Positions 18,569 through 26,724 of a stretch of DNA of 64,000 nucleotides are shown one piece after another (position 1 is the stretch's first letter; each line of letters starts with the position of its first letter). The DNA lies in the IMG/VR virus record IMGVR_UViG_3300042988_001121, positions 96,001 to 160,000 of that record. One strand, written 5' to 3'. Under the pieces are notes generated by a model. It searched no databases, was not told the origin of the DNA, and saw only the letters and a list, made by a program, of their open reading frames with translations. This DNA is from a virus. The translations under genes were made by a program, and so were the position numbers.

Positions 18569-19561
18569 TTACGCCATTGAAACGTATGCAGGAACTGGCG
18601 TGACGTTCAGCATCATACTTAAAATGTGTTTGTGATCATCGAACAATGGATAGTTGTTGATTGCATCTTTTACTGATACCCAACGTGTCTCGGCAGCGTC
18701 ATCACATCCATTTGCGCGAGGCAATGACCCATCTTTATCCAATTCAATTTTAAACATAACTACCAATGAATTGCGAGGGATACCAATCGATCGTTTCGGA
18801 TTATCGAACATTTTAGTTGAAACGACTGACCCACGAATAACTTTTTCAGGAACTCGGAGATTAGTTTCCTCGAATAGTTCGCGTACCGCACAATCAAAGA
18901 ATGTCTCGTTACGGTTCTTGAATCCTCCGGGAAGCGCCCATGTACCTGCACCGGGAGCAAATTTACGTTTAATCAGAAGAACATGACCTGCACACAGAAC
19001 CAATGCATCGGAGCAATTGAAATTCAATGTCTCGGGAAAAGGATAATCAGCAAAAAGTTCTTTTTCCTTCTGATAGAATTTCCAGTCGTCCATTACCGAT
19101 GAAGGCATATTATGGTCATTACTCATGAACATGGCAGTTCGTATATCGGTCGCCGAGCGACCATTCATTTGCTGATGAAGACCCTGAAACTTATAACCGG
19201 GGAACCAGTTCAGGTAGTCATTACCTTCTTTCATGTGCCCAAGAATAACAACTTCATCGCCTTCTTGATTATATTCATCGATTGTACGCTGAACATCTGC
19301 GATCCACTGTGTATCCGAATAGAGATAATCATTCAATGGCGCGATTTCTACTTCAATGTCGATTGAATGTGCGAAGTTTCGTATAGTGTTCTTACGTTCC
19401 GAGTAAGTCCAAGGATTTTTGACAGTTCGGGCGCTATTAGCAGAACCGACCAGAATAAGGATGCGATCAACCAAGGTTGATACTTGTTGAATCATTTTCC
19501 GATGACCATCGTGCAATGGCTGGAAACGACCGATAATAATACCAAGTTTTGCTTTTGACAT
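18569..19561 (-). CDS. Bifunctional NMN adenylyltransferase / Nudix ADP-ribose hydrolase (NadM-Nudix)
   Basis: GRFQPLHDGH (HxGH), SAT, and Nudix box GG....E....A.REL.EET. Confidence 0.93.
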   Translation of the reverse strand: MSKAKLGIIIGRFQPLHDGHRKMIQQVSTLVDRILILVGSANSARTVKNPWTYSERKNTIRNFAHSIDIEVEIAPLNDYLYSDTQWIADVQRTIDEYNQEGDEVVILGHMKEGNDYLNWFPGYKFQGLHQQMNGRSATDIRTAMFMSNDHNMPSSVMDDWKFYQKEKELFADYPFPETLNFNCSDALVLCAGHVLLIKRKFAPGAGTWALPGGFKNRNETFFDCAVRELFEETNLRVPEKVIRGSVVSTKMFDNPKRSIGIPRNSLVVMFKIELDKDGSLPRANGCDDAAETRWVSVKDAINNYPLFDDHKHILSMMLNVTPVPAYVSMA

Positions 19562-19596
19562 TTTAACTCCTAATTTGTCTTGATTTATTTATTGTA

Positions 19597-20142
19597 TCAC
19601 AGAAACTGATTCGGAATTTCACGAGAACCAAATTTTCCTGCCCATGATGCGATGTGTTGCTTTTCTTTTCGATAATAGTTCCAGTAAGACTCGACCGAAC
19701 TGTTTTTCACAACACAGTGCCCCGGCATTGCAGGAGTAGGTTCAGTAAATTTAGCCAGACTAATTTTAGTTGGTGCATTTTTCAGAACATCGTATAGTTC
19801 ACGACACTTGTGAATTCTACCATAACGATAAGTGTATTCTTCATTCAGGGCAACGAAAAGTGAGTAAAGCCAATCGTAATTTTCTTTTGATTGTCTTACC
19901 CACACGGTGCTAGGATGATTAACATGAGTTGACTTGTAGACCCTAGAATTACGATGATCAAATAAAACCCATTGCTTTGTTCTTCGACCAGAATCACTCA
20001 TGACAATTCTTTCCTCTCCATCAATGACACGATGGGCAGTGGAAAGTAATTGTGCGTACTCTGTGATCATTTTTATGCAATGCTTAGAAACGTGATACCG
20101 AGCCGCTTTGACTGGATCATTGTCAAGGTAGAAGATGTTCAT
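19597..20142 (-). CDS. Pyrimidine-dimer DNA glycosylase-like protein (DenV family)
   Basis: MNIF.LD.DP, KMI.E.AQLLSTAH, YK.TH.NHP. Confidence 0.75.
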   Translation of the reverse strand: MNIFYLDNDPVKAARYHVSKHCIKMITEYAQLLSTAHRVIDGEERIVMSDSGRRTKQWVLFDHRNSRVYKSTHVNHPSTVWVRQSKENYDWLYSLFVALNEEYTYRYGRIHKCRELYDVLKNAPTKISLAKFTEPTPAMPGHCVVKNSSVESYWNYYRKEKQHIASWAGKFGSREIPNQFL

Positions 20143-20362
20143 GATGCTGTTTTGCAACGGTTTTGTATTTCCGAATTGTTTCCACTAAATCAAATGCTGA
20201 TTCTAACAAAGATTCTTTGATGTAGATTGTTGCTTGACCACCACGAACATCATCTGCCTCGTTAATTATTCGTTTGAGCAGGTGATATAGATTGTCGCGT
20301 TGATGCAGGATGGTTTCGTAGTCAACCATGCCACTATCACGGGTATCAACATTTGAATTCAT
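20123..20362 (-). CDS. Hypothetical protein
   Basis: Likely start MNSNVD. Confidence 0.5.
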   Translation of the reverse strand: MNSNVDTRDSGMVDYETILHQRDNLYHLLKRIINEADDVRGGQATIYIKESLLESAFDLVETIRKYKTVAKQHHEHLLP

Positions 20363-20363
20363 G

Positions 20364-20564
20364 TTAAACCTTTCCTGCGTAGTCGGCACGCATGTACCAA
20401 TCAGGTGCAACATCTTGGTTGTTTCTTGAATTGTATTGCCGACAGAATTGCCGGGCAGATTCTTCGCTATCGAAGTATTTTACTTCGTCAACTTTCTGAC
20501 CCCAACCACGCTCTGACTCAATTATTTCTACTTTGTAGATGTTTCCGATTTTGATTTCTGCCAT
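20364..20564 (-). CDS. Hypothetical protein
   Basis: IIESERGWGQK..E motif; follows a promoter and RBS. Confidence 0.75.
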   Translation of the reverse strand: MAEIKIGNIYKVEIIESERGWGQKVDEVKYFDSEESARQFCRQYNSRNNQDVAPDWYMRADYAGKV

Positions 20565-20589
20565 GATTAACTCCTGTTTTGTTGAATCA

Positions 20590-20618
20590 ATTATAACACA
20601 GGAAAAATTACGTGTAGA
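20590..20618 (-). promoter_or_regulatory. Repeated early promoter
   Basis: TCTACA-17-TATAAT. Confidence 0.75.
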
Positions 20619-20623
20619 TTATT

Positions 20624-20815
20624 TTATTCAAACTTCTCACTTGGGTTGTATCTTCGCTTCATTCTCCAAAAAGTTCTCATCATGCAGCATGCAGGCGTTC
20701 TGTGCTGGCTTTGTGTGCCAATATGCAACCGTCCGTTATAAAACTTGCAAAATGGCTTTGGTTTTGGCAGCTTTTGCAGTAGATTGCTGGCGTATCGTTC
20801 ATAAGCTGGCGTCAT
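20624..20815 (-). CDS. Hypothetical protein
   Basis: ATGA overlap with the upstream gene. Confidence 0.45.
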   Translation of the reverse strand: MTPAYERYASNLLQKLPKPKPFCKFYNGRLHIGTQSQHRTPACCMMRTFWRMKRRYNPSEKFE

Positions 20816-21069
20816 TTACTTTCCTTCAAAACCTCGTTGATTTCCTCGATACCTTTGTCGCCCATGCACTGAAAAAGGCACATTGCAGGGACTCCGTACT
20901 CAAAGCATTTGCTGGCTTGCGATAAGGTCAACCCTCTTTTGCCGTGTACAAATTCGCTGTAATGGCTCTGTGATATTCCAATGACCTTTGCCCATTGCCG
21001 CTGTGTAAGCATGTATTGGTCACGTCTGAATTCCACTGCGTCGATGATTGATGGTAGCCCCACATTCAT
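20812..21069 (-). CDS. XRE/HigA-like HTH protein
   Basis: LTQRQWAKVIGISQSHYSEFVHGKRGLT. Confidence 0.8.
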   Translation of the reverse strand: MNVGLPSIIDAVEFRRDQYMLTQRQWAKVIGISQSHYSEFVHGKRGLTLSQASKCFEYGVPAMCLFQCMGDKGIEEINEVLKESK

Positions 21070-21380
21070 CCTCCAGTCGCTTTTGCAATTACCACTGCTA
21101 GACCTTTACCTTGAATGAGCCAAGTAAATTCTTCGATAGGTATCACTGCGTCTGTGCTGTTTGCCCACCTATCAAAGTCAGCACTCGGACAAGACACATC
21201 AACATCCCATGTAGTCCCAAAATGAAACCGAAAAAGCCTGCTACCTTTTTTGGCGATGCAGCACCCTTTCCCATAAAAGTCTCTTGATACTTTAAATCCA
21301 TGTCTTTTTAGGAATGTCTTAAACGCTGCTCGCTTTTTAAATTTAGGGTGAGAGAACGTCCACTTGATTCTTCTCATCAA
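21066..21380 (-). CDS. Hypothetical protein
   Basis: Ends IAKATGG like its neighbours. Confidence 0.6.
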   Translation of the reverse strand: MMRRIKWTFSHPKFKKRAAFKTFLKRHGFKVSRDFYGKGCCIAKKGSRLFRFHFGTTWDVDVSCPSADFDRWANSTDAVIPIEEFTWLIQGKGLAVVIAKATGG

Positions 21381-21670
21381 GACTCTCCAGTCGCTTTTGC
21401 GATTGCTGCACGAGCCATAAACGCAAAATGGTTTATTGTTGTGGTGCTGTACGTAACTGCACCATCAGTCGAAGACTGTTCGACATGAACGTAGTCAGAA
21501 AAAGATTTAAGCGCCTCCAGTAAATCAGGTGCTGCTGCAATTAGTCGTGCATTGGCTGGTGATGGGTCTGTCACAAAGTCGCAGATAAACTTCTCGTCTG
21601 CACCAAAAAGGTATCCGACCTCATACTCGCAATCAGGCACAAATTTCCAAGGTGCTGGTGTGTGGCTCAT
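21377..21670 (-). CDS. MSHTPxPW-family phage protein
   Basis: HTPAPW...ANARLIAAAPDLLEAL...AAIAKATG. Confidence 0.75.
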   Translation of the reverse strand: MSHTPAPWKFVPDCEYEVGYLFGADEKFICDFVTDPSPANARLIAAAPDLLEALKSFSDYVHVEQSSTDGAVTYSTTTINHFAFMARAAIAKATGES

Positions 21671-21807
21671 TTCATTTCTCCACGTATCTTGTTGTAAATC
21701 TCGTCGGCAGTCGAGCCTCTTTCCTCGCAATGACTTATAAATTCAGTCCAATTTGCACCAAGAAAATCCAGTAGTACATTTATCTCAAATTCATCCAATT
21801 CAGTCAT
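21667..21807 (-). CDS. Hypothetical protein (46 aa)
   Basis: Read manually; both ends defined by the GGAGAAATGAAATG repeat. Confidence 0.55.
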   Translation of the reverse strand: MTELDEFEINVLLDFLGANWTEFISHCEERGSTADEIYNKIRGEMK

Positions 21808-21833
21808 TTCATTTCTCCGTCAGAATGTGTGGC

Positions 21834-22040
21834 TCATAATTCCACCCCGCACATAGGGCAGTATGTGGCGAAGACTTGCACTGCATTTGACCTTGCTTTT
21901 GGATGCACCTTGCACGTAGCCAGCAATATGCGCTCTTTGTCATCGCTACCTAGACTAATTGTGTCCATCAATCTAGTGTTATATGGTTTTAAAAGCTCAT
22001 TGAGCTTTGCTACACAGTCGTGTTTTGTTTCTGCTGTCAT
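21834..22040 (-). CDS. Small Cys-containing protein, paralog of 22692-22892
   Basis: MTAETKHDC...ATYCPMCGV. Confidence 0.7.
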   Translation of the reverse strand: MTAETKHDCVAKLNELLKPYNTRLMDTISLGSDDKERILLATCKVHPKARSNAVQVFATYCPMCGVEL

Positions 22041-22291
22041 TTCATGTCTCTTTCAGACTCTTTGATAACGGCTTCCATTTGCACGAAGGCTCTCAAATAC
22101 CCTTCAGCCTCAATCATTCCGGCTGAAAGACCTTGCTGCTTATAGTCATCATATAAAGCGCGAGCATTTTCAACGCCACTTAAAATGTCATGTTTAATCC
22201 ACTCATAGGACTCAATCGTTTTCTTTGCTTTTTCCAGCAAAGGAGGCTCTTTGTAATACGTGATGCCGTTAACTGTTATTGAGTTACTCAT
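22037..22291 (-). CDS. Hypothetical protein
   Basis: Bounded by junction repeats. Confidence 0.65.
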   Translation of the reverse strand: MSNSITVNGITYYKEPPLLEKAKKTIESYEWIKHDILSGVENARALYDDYKQQGLSAGMIEAEGYLRAFVQMEAVIKESERDMK

Positions 22292-22695
22292 TTCATTTCT
22301 CCAGTCGCTTTTGTGATTGCTGCGCGTAATGTTTTAATGGCGTCTAAATCTTGTTCGTCTGCTCCGAAAAACTCGCCATATGAGTTCAATCTAGATAGAG
22401 CAAGCATTGCCGCCTCTAGCAACTCAGGTGCTGCTGCAATTAAGCGTGCATTGGCAAGAGCTGTCTCTTTGTGCTTTTCTTCGTCATCATCGAAGTCATA
22501 GCAATCCGTATCAATGTCGCATATATGTGCTGTATGTCCTTTGAGATGGCTTCGTGTGCATTCGCGCGGATTTCCGGCATAAACGCCATGCTGACTTTCA
22601 TATAGCAGCTTATTGGTTATTTCATCTGATGAGAGAAGTTCTCGCTGCATCGCTAATTCCTTCCAGATATACCAAGGCCCAGGTGTGTGGCTCAT
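22288..22695 (-). CDS. MSHTPxPW-family phage protein
   Basis: HTPGPW...ANARLIAAAPELLEA...AAITKATGEMK. Confidence 0.75.
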   Translation of the reverse strand: MSHTPGPWYIWKELAMQRELLSSDEITNKLLYESQHGVYAGNPRECTRSHLKGHTAHICDIDTDCYDFDDDEEKHKETALANARLIAAAPELLEAAMLALSRLNSYGEFFGADEQDLDAIKTLRAAITKATGEMK

Positions 22696-22892
22696 AATTT
22701 CACCCCGCACATAGGGCAGTAAGTGGCGAAGAATATTACGGGCTTTTTCTTAATGGCTGAATCCGCTTTTTCCGTAGTAACCGCAATTCGATCTCTGCCA
22801 TCCATAGTGATGAAAGATGTCAATCGCGTGTTGTGCTTTTTAAGTAATTCATTGATGCGCTCTACGCAGTCGTGTTTTGTTTCTGCTGTCAT
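22692..22892 (-). CDS. Small Cys-containing protein, paralog of 21834-22040
   Basis: MTAETKHDC...ATYCPMCGV. Confidence 0.7.
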   Translation of the reverse strand: MTAETKHDCVERINELLKKHNTRLTSFITMDGRDRIAVTTEKADSAIKKKPVIFFATYCPMCGVKL

Positions 22893-23092
22893 TTCATTTC
22901 TCCTTTGGGTACGCAAACCATCTTCAACCCTTTTGCCAATTTTTTGGCTTCAATTGACGCAAATTGGCATGCTTTGAGCGAGTCGAATTCCTGCGTAGTA
23001 ATGGCGTATGACCTGTATGTGCTTGGGTATGCTGCGGCGTCCGTCTGTCCTGCGGATACCGCCCAAGACATAATGAGAATCCATGCTGTCAT
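22889..23092 (-). CDS. Small secreted or membrane protein
   Basis: MTAWILIMSW signal-like start, QEF.S..AC..A, VCVPK. Confidence 0.65.
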   Translation of the reverse strand: MTAWILIMSWAVSAGQTDAAAYPSTYRSYAITTQEFDSLKACQFASIEAKKLAKGLKMVCVPKGEMK

Positions 23093-23114
23093 TTCATTTC
23101 TCCTTATTAATAGT

Positions 23115-23372
23115 TGATGGTGGCAGGCGCTGATCTCCTGCATGACCTTTTAGCCGTTTATGACCGCTTACAAAAAGGACGGTATTACGCAAGACAAGGT
23201 AGCTACTCCCTGCGTAGTCAAACTTTTGTCCCTGTGCATCAGCCTGCACATTCACCATCAGGTGTGATGACTGCTTACTTTCTCCGCGTTTTTGTGTGAT
23301 TCGAGTACGACCACCGCATCACAGATTTCGACCAGTCATCACGCCTGATAGCCCTCGCCGGAGCGAGGACGT
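23115..23372 (-). ncRNA. Putative structured RNA with kissing loops
   Basis: Nested perfect stems and complementary loops GCUGAU/AUCAGC. Confidence 0.65.
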
Positions 23373-23377
23373 ATTAC

Positions 23378-23764
23378 TTATTCCTGCTTAATCGGACACA
23401 TGGCTTTGCCCCATGCAATGGCGTCTTCTTTGGTGAGGAAAAAAAGTCCGCGCTTCTGGTGTTGTTTGTCACAGCAGTCATCTATCCAATGGGTCATATC
23501 GTAGAAACTAGGTAAACCCGTTGATGGGTAGTAATATGTTTGAGCCATCTCTAGCTTCCCCATATAAGGCGCTGGCAATTCAAAGCCGTTGAAGGTGATG
23601 GTTTCTGGCTTGACTCGATAGTGTTCTTTTCTGTACATCACGTTAGATACCTGATATAGCACTGTGGGCCAGTCTTCATTTATCCAATCACCTTCGCCGT
23701 CTTGCCACTGAATCTGTTTTCCATCTGCAATAGCTTGCAGGATTTCTGCGTATTGGTGTTTCAT
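23378..23764 (-). CDS. Hypothetical phage protein
   Basis: H.YAE.LQAIADGK, YRVKPETI; follows a promoter and RBS. Confidence 0.75.
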   Translation of the reverse strand: MKHQYAEILQAIADGKQIQWQDGEGDWINEDWPTVLYQVSNVMYRKEHYRVKPETITFNGFELPAPYMGKLEMAQTYYYPSTGLPSFYDMTHWIDDCCDKQHQKRGLFFLTKEDAIAWGKAMCPIKQE

Positions 23765-23788
23765 ACCATCTCCTGTTTTGTTGAATCA

Positions 23789-23818
23789 ATTATAACACAA
23801 GTAAAGGTTATGTGTAGA
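23789..23818 (-). promoter_or_regulatory. Repeated early promoter
   Basis: TCTACA-18-TATAAT. Confidence 0.7.
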
Positions 23819-23878
23819 TTATTTTACGACAAATCTTCTAAAGTAAATTTCTTGTCGTTCACAAATTTCCTTCACGGT

Positions 23879-24460
23879 TCACTTATCGATGCCGAGTGCA
23901 ATCAATTCTTCTTTTGTCAACTTTGCTTTAGCAGAAGCGATGAGAGATGTACGATCCGCTTCTTCGATGGCTGCTTTAAGAATGTGAACAATCTTTTTAA
24001 GGTCAACATCATGAATAGTCGCCTTCTTTTCCTCAACTTCCTTCATCAATTCTTTACAGTAATCATAATTACATTCGTTTGAAGGAACATCAACTACTTT
24101 CTTTCTTTTCTTCGAGGCTTTCTTTATTTCAGTCACAATTTCCACCAAGGGGTGCATAGAGACTTCAAAATTTTCAAAATCGGAACTTGATGACGTTGAA
24201 CTGTCATAAGTGTAGTGGCAAGGTGTTCCTTGGTGATACTGATAATTGCCGCCTTTATATCCAGTAAATGTATCGATCAATGCACACTCAACGTGCTTAA
24301 TGGATTCATCGATAGTCACTTCATCAAAATTAAATGCGACTTCATAATAATACCCTCGGTGGCTGTGAGGGTTAACAGGCAGATCACTCACCCAACTTCC
24401 ACCATAACCGGGAGCAGATTTGATGGTTTTGAGAATTCGAAGAACTTCACCTAATTTCAC
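23879..24460 (-). CDS. Hypothetical protein
   Basis: PHSHRGYY.EVAF, FTGYKGG.Y motifs; GTG start with GGAG RBS. Confidence 0.7.
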   Translation of the reverse strand: MKLGEVLRILKTIKSAPGYGGSWVSDLPVNPHSHRGYYYEVAFNFDEVTIDESIKHVECALIDTFTGYKGGNYQYHQGTPCHYTYDSSTSSSSDFENFEVSMHPLVEIVTEIKKASKKRKKVVDVPSNECNYDYCKELMKEVEEKKATIHDVDLKKIVHILKAAIEEADRTSLIASAKAKLTKEELIALGIDK

Positions 24461-24484
24461 AACAACTCCTGTTTTGTTGAATCT

Positions 24485-24513
24485 ATTGTAACACAGACAA
24501 ACTTATGTGTAGA
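24485..24513 (-). promoter_or_regulatory. Repeated early promoter
   Basis: TCTACA-17-TACAAT. Confidence 0.75.
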
Positions 24514-25095
24514 TTATTCGGGTTCTTATTTCGTCAACTCAGTTATGTCCGTGAATCTACGCGAAACATAACCACAGTTCTTTGTGTAATGTTTATCATT
24601 AGCAATTCGCTTAAACACATCAATTGCCTTTTCATCACGACTGCATGGAAACGATTCTCCGCACGTTCCGCCTTTCCATGAACCTTTATCCTCCCCTATC
24701 TCGTGATTATAAAGCACCTCTAGGTTGATATAGATTTTCTTTTTCAAGAACAAACGAAGGAATTTGAACAGTCCTGTTCCTCGTCTGTATTCGGCATAAG
24801 TCTTGTGGCACTGCGCCTCGATGATGGTTCCATCAAAGTCACGGAACTGGATGACAGTTTTCTTTACTGCGTTCCTTGCAGCTTCCAGCGACTTAAAATC
24901 AATTCTACCGTTCGGAAGATCACTCACATTCGCAAACTGGCTACCATCTTCATTCAGAATCAGACACTTAGTACGATCTTCTTCGACCCACGGAAACTGT
25001 TTACACCAAGATTTCGATCCTTCCTTGCCGCCCCAACTACCATTTTGAATTCCGTAACGTATGTGGATGTAGTTGTCATAAAGGGTCAACGAGTA

Positions 25096-26383
25096 TCGCA
25101 TCTAAATATGTCTTTCTATAAATAACAAAAACAATTTAACAAAAATTATACACAATAAATGCAACACAAGGCATATAAGTTTAGACTGTACCCAACGAAA
25201 GTTCAAGAAGCTCTCTTGAACCAAACTTTTGGGTGCGTTCGTTTCTTATGGAACCAACATGTTGCTGCTTTCAATAGTTTTTCTTCCTTCGGTCCAAACA
25301 AAATTGTAACATCAAAACTATTGAAGGACACAGAAGAATTTTCTTGGTTGAATTCTGTTTCTGCGGCTGCTCTGCAACAAAAAGATAACGATTTTTCTGA
25401 ATTTAAGAAGCAGTTTTTCTCCAAAACACGTAAAAAGAAAATTGAGCGCCCTAAATTCAAAAAGAAAGGACAGAAAGACTCTTATCGTCTTCCTAATCAA
25501 AAGTTTACTTTGGACCAAGAAACAAAAAGAATTCGACTCGAAAAAATTGGTAAAGTGAAAATAGTTTTAGACAAAACAATACCAGAAGGCGCTAAGTTTT
25601 TATCGGTAACAATAACAAAAAATCAAACCGGTGAGTATTACGCATCTGTTTTGGTTGAACAAGAAATAAGATGTAAGGAAACAACAGGAAATAGTATTGG
25701 TATAGACCTCGGGTTTATTGATTTGATGACTCTATCAAATGGAATGGTTATACGCAACCCAAGGTGGTTTCGTAAAAATCAAGCGAAGCTAAAAAGAAAA
25801 CAAAAATCATTAAGTAGAAAAAAGATAGGCTCTCGTAGGAGAGAAAAACAAAGAATTGTTGTTGCAAAACAGCATCTAAAAGTTGCTCGACAGCGAGAAT
25901 GGTATCATCATCAAATTTCATCGTGGTTGGTTAATAATTTTGACACTATTTGTATGGAAGACTTGAATTTGAATGGAATGAAAAAATTTCTAGGAAAATC
26001 TGTCAATGATGCCGGTCTTTCTAATCTAATGAATAAAATTGAGTATAAATCTAAGTGGTACGGAAGAACCTTCCATAAAGTGGATAGATTCTTTGCATCC
26101 TCAAAAACATGTTCTTCTTGTGGCAATAAAACAGCGTTTGGTATGGATGTGCGAGAATGGACATGTCAGGCGTGTGGTACATTCCACGACAGAGATTTGA
26201 ATGCATCAATAAACATTTTGAAAAAAGGTCTTAGTGACCTTTATCAATATACTTCGGCTGAGTTAACCGAAGTCATTGAACGTGGAGAAGTCGTAAGACC
26301 TAGATTGGGTGAAATTCATCCAATGGTGGCTACTTCTATGAAGCGTTTAGCGAAACTGTAAAATTTACGGTTTTGCGTAACTA
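25096..26383 (+). mobile_element. tnpB-only element with IS607-like ends
   Basis: No IS605-type terminal hairpins; 3' end architecture parallels the IS607 element; left end uncertain by about 9 nt. Confidence 0.7.
25159..26361 (+). CDS. tnpB: TnpB RNA-guided endonuclease
   Basis: GIDLG, MEDL, DRDLNAS, Zn ribbon. Confidence 0.95.
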   Translation: MQHKAYKFRLYPTKVQEALLNQTFGCVRFLWNQHVAAFNSFSSFGPNKIVTSKLLKDTEEFSWLNSVSAAALQQKDNDFSEFKKQFFSKTRKKKIERPKFKKKGQKDSYRLPNQKFTLDQETKRIRLEKIGKVKIVLDKTIPEGAKFLSVTITKNQTGEYYASVLVEQEIRCKETTGNSIGIDLGFIDLMTLSNGMVIRNPRWFRKNQAKLKRKQKSLSRKKIGSRRREKQRIVVAKQHLKVARQREWYHHQISSWLVNNFDTICMEDLNLNGMKKFLGKSVNDAGLSNLMNKIEYKSKWYGRTFHKVDRFFASSKTCSSCGNKTAFGMDVREWTCQACGTFHDRDLNASINILKKGLSDLYQYTSAELTEVIERGEVVRPRLGEIHPMVATSMKRLAKL

Positions 26384-26535
26384 CTTCGATTTCTTGGGCT
26401 GAATGAACGCAGGCAGCTTGAATGTTCGATAACCGAATTTTCCGAGATAAAAGGTTAGATCGTTGTGGTCATACCGTTTGACTCGATCTTCCATTTCTCG
26501 ACCAACACGAAACGTGATACCGTAATAGTGTGCCA

Positions 26536-26724
26536 TCATTCGCTCCGTAGTTGATCAATGTGCATCAAAATAAATGCACTGGCAATAACAATGTTCAATA
26601 CGGGCGCAATCGCGAACAGCAACCCAATGAGCAATGTGTTATCACTATAGTCAATGTAATCATGATATATTGCACGAATTACGTAGGCAAAACAGATTGC
26701 CATCGGGATAAAGTAGTAAATCAT
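26536..26724 (-). CDS. Small membrane protein
   Basis: Two hydrophobic segments; ATGA overlaps. Confidence 0.6.
   Translation of the reverse strand: MIYYFIPMAICFAYVIRAIYHDYIDYSDNTLLIGLLFAIAPVLNIVIASAFILMHIDQLRSE

Larger units (their letters stand above)
21668..23103 (-). repeat. GGAGAAATGAAATG gene-junction repeat (5 perfect copies, 1 variant)
   Basis: Copies at 21668, 21805, 22289, 22890, 23090; variant at 22038. Confidence 0.85.
24526..26539 (-). pseudogene. Phage gene probably split by the third tnpB element
   Basis: N-part MMAHYYG...LPAFIQPKKSK (26539-26384) joins in frame to YSLTLYDNY...GSWKGGT (25095-24526). Confidence 0.55.

Noticed and set aside
21066-23103. Diversity-generating retroelement behind the duplicated genes
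   Set aside because: No reverse transcriptase in the window, and the differences between paralogs are not adenine-specific.
10963-26383. IStrons (group I intron plus TnpB) splicing out of the split genes
   Set aside because: The leaders before the first ORF are only about 55-100 nt with no group I core, and two elements are antisense to the host gene.
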